Origin: Verrucomicrobiales bacterium
GTDB taxonomy: Bacteria > Verrucomicrobiota > Verrucomicrobiia > Verrucomicrobiales > V1-33
Direction: 5' to 3'
DNA: 38,280 bases
Assembly (NCBI GenBank): GCA_947462995.1
Contig: CANHUG010000002.1
Coordinates: 1-38,280 of the forward strand
The position numbers and the translations under genes are program-made. Of the stretch, positions 27,801 to 30,800 are shown in pieces. How positions within the stretch are numbered: position 1 is the stretch's first letter; every line of letters begins with the position of its first letter. Below the pieces are notes generated by a model. It saw nothing but the letters and a program-made list of their open reading frames with translations, was not told the DNA's origin and made no database searches.

Positions 27801-30800
27801 CGCTTGCTGTGGCGCCGCTGACGGCGGAGATTCCTGTGGGTGATGAATTGCCGGTGACCTTGAATGTTCAGCCTCCTGGCGACACAGCGCCTGGCGATTA
27901 CTTCTTTGATATCCGGTTCAAGGCTGCGAATTACAGTGATGTGAGCATTCCGGTGCGGGTGGTGATTACTGCATCGGGGACGGGCAATGCGATTTTCAAG
28001 GTGGTCGATCTGCTGACGCTGACACCTAATCCGAAGTATGTGGGTCCGGGGAATGCGCAGCATCCGGATCCGCTTTATCAGGGTGTGCTTGGTGCGACGA
28101 TTCAGCTGCAGAGCGAGGATGTGGCAAGTTTTGTGCGCAGCGCGACGACGGACGGGTATGGTGAGGCGGACTTCCGGGTGGGTGGCGAGCCAGCGTTGCC
28201 GGCCGGCCGGTACAAATACCGAGTCACGGCTGACGGGCACGACAGCCGGACGGGAAGGTTGCTGATCCGTCCGGGAGTGACGCTTAGTGAGACGGTGCTC
28301 ATTCCGAACCGTTTTGTGACGATTGAGTGGGACGTGGTGCCGATCACGATCGAGGATCGGTATGAGATTCTGCTGGAGGCGACTTTTGAGACGAACGTTC
28401 CGGCTCCTGTGGTGACGGTGAATCCGCCGATTCTGAATCTACCGGCGATGTGTGCGGGGAGTGTGTTCTACGGGGAGTTTGCGTTTACGAACCACGGCCT
28501 GATCCGGGCGAACAGCTTCACGTTTGTGCCTCCGGTGAGCGATGAGTACAACCAGTTTGAGTTGCTGGACGCGATCCCGACTAGCATTGATGCGAGGACG
28601 ACGATTGTGGTGCCGTACAAGGTTACTAGCAAGAAGTCGTTCCCGGGGATTTTGTGCGGACCTGTAAGCAGTGTCGGCGATGGTAGCGGAGCTGGTACGG
28701 GCGGTGGTGCTGGTGGTGCTGGCTCCGGCTCTGGATCAGGGGCAGGCGGCGGAGCGGGAGCGGGTGGAGGCTCGGGCTCGGGATCTGGCGCGGGCGGCGG
28801 ATTGGGTGCCGGGAGTGGATCTGGCTCAGGGAGTGGGTCTGGAACTGGGACAGGAACGGGAACAGGAACAGGAACAGGAACAGGAACAGGATCGGGCAGT
28901 GGATCCGGGTCCGGATCCGGCTCTGGAAGCGGGAGTGGTTCCGGGAGCGGGAGCGGCTCTGGAAGCGGTTCCAGTTCGGGGGATTGCATTCGCTATACGG
29001 CGTGTTTCAACTACACGTACAAGCACAAGTGTCCGTGGGGTGATGAAGTGACGAGCAGCGGAACGGTTTGCGCGAACTATGCGTATGGGAACTGCGGAGG
29101 AACGAGCGGGAGCTCTTCCGGGGGGTACTACTATTCCGGCGGGCCAGGATTTGGTGGCAGCGGTGGCAGTGGTGGCTGGGGCGGCTGGGGCGGTTCGATC
29201 AAGGGGAGCTCGGACGGTTGTTTCCCTGACTTCTTCGACTGCAAGAACCGCAATCCGATCGGCTGCTGGGTCAACTATGTGACGCGGCAATTCGAGGATG
29301 AAGCGCTTGACCTTGAGACGCTGGTGCCGGGGAGCGGCAATGTGGTGAACCGAGTGCGGCGTTTCTATCGGGACAACCGCTGGAACTTCGAGCATGTGGA
29401 TGCGGCGCTGGTGATCAAGACTGACGGCAGTGGTCCGTCGGAGTTGAGTCACCTTGGGAGCAAGTTTTCTCCGGTCGACACGACGCGCCTTGAGTTCACG
29501 AACGGGCGTGACCGGATCCGCCGTGTGTCGGAAGGGTGGAAGCTCAATGCGGCGAATGGCAACTGGCGGGAGTTCGATGAGAACGGGCGGCTGCAGAAGT
29601 CCGGCCGTGATGCGGCGACCCTGCTTGTATACAATTACGACGGTGACGGGAACGTCAGCGGTCTGGGAGGGGCGGACGGCACGCCATTCCTGACATTCAC
29701 CTGGTCTGGCGGCCGCCTTACCGGCGTGACGGACGTGCACGGCCGGACGGTCGGTTACGAGTACAACGGCAATCTGCTTTCGACAGTCACGGACAGTGAA
29801 GGGTTTGTGACCCGCTATTTCTACGACGGGGCCGGTCGGATGGACCGATACATTGATGCCACGGGGCTGACGCACCGGCTTGCCTATGATGGTGCCGGAC
29901 ATGCACTCTCGCTGCTGGACGAGGAGGGGAATGGCCGGTTGTTCAGTTATGATTACGACAAGCTGCGGCGCGAGTATTACCTTGGCGAGCAGTTCACGAG
30001 CGGGTTCCTGCGCGAGCGCTGGTACGACAGCGACGGGAACATCCGTCTCGGCAAGATCAACGGGCAGCTGGTCCGCGAGGTGACGCTTGTGGACCGGACG
30101 GAGACGCTGAAGTACGGTGATGGATCGGAAGTCGTGCAGGAGTACGACGAGAACGGTGCGATCCGCAAAGTCAGCATGCCTGACGGATCTGTACAATCGT
30201 ACGAGTATGATCCGGTGACGCGGGCGGTGAGCAAGGCTGTGGATCCTGCGGGAGTCGTCACGCTCTACCAGAGGGATGCGCAGGGCAATCTGCTGCAGAT
30301 GACCGAGGCGGCCGGATTGCCCGAGCAGCGCAGGACGGTTTTTGCGTACAATGCGGCCGGCAAGCTTGCGTCCGAGACCGTTACGATGAATGACGGACTT
30401 GGTGCGACTGCGAGCAGCTATACATATGATGCCGAGGGGCGGATTGAGACGCGGACGGACGAGATGGGCCAAGTGACCCGCTATCAGGAGCACGATGCGA
30501 ACGGGTATGCGACGCGGGTGATCGATCCTGACGACCATGCGATGCGGTTTGTGTACGATGCGAGCGGTCGGATGAAGAGCCGGCAGGACGCGTTGGGCAA
30601 CCGCTGGCAGTTTGAGTACGACGCGTTCAATAATGTGACGGCGACGATTGATGCGGCGGGGGGGCGTTCGGAGTCCTACTACAACATCGAGAACCTTCCG
30701 TCGCGCACGGTGGACGCTCTCGGGACGGTGACGAGCCTGATCAAGTACGGGCCTGATGGTCGGGTTGCGGAACAGCGGGATGCGGCAGGCCGCGTTTCGA

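Noticed and set aside
28682-28981. Short tandem repeats as a possible CRISPR array or intergenic VNTR
   Set aside because: The units are 6 nt with no spacers, and they lie in frame inside a continuous ORF, so this is a coding low-complexity linker.
28468-28989. 173-aa minus-strand ORF with a striking PEPLPLPEP / PVPVPVPV proline-rich repeat
   Set aside because: It is the reverse-complement image of the in-frame Gly/Ser/Thr linker of the giant + strand gene. It lies wholly inside that 20-kb ORF, so it is an antisense artefact.
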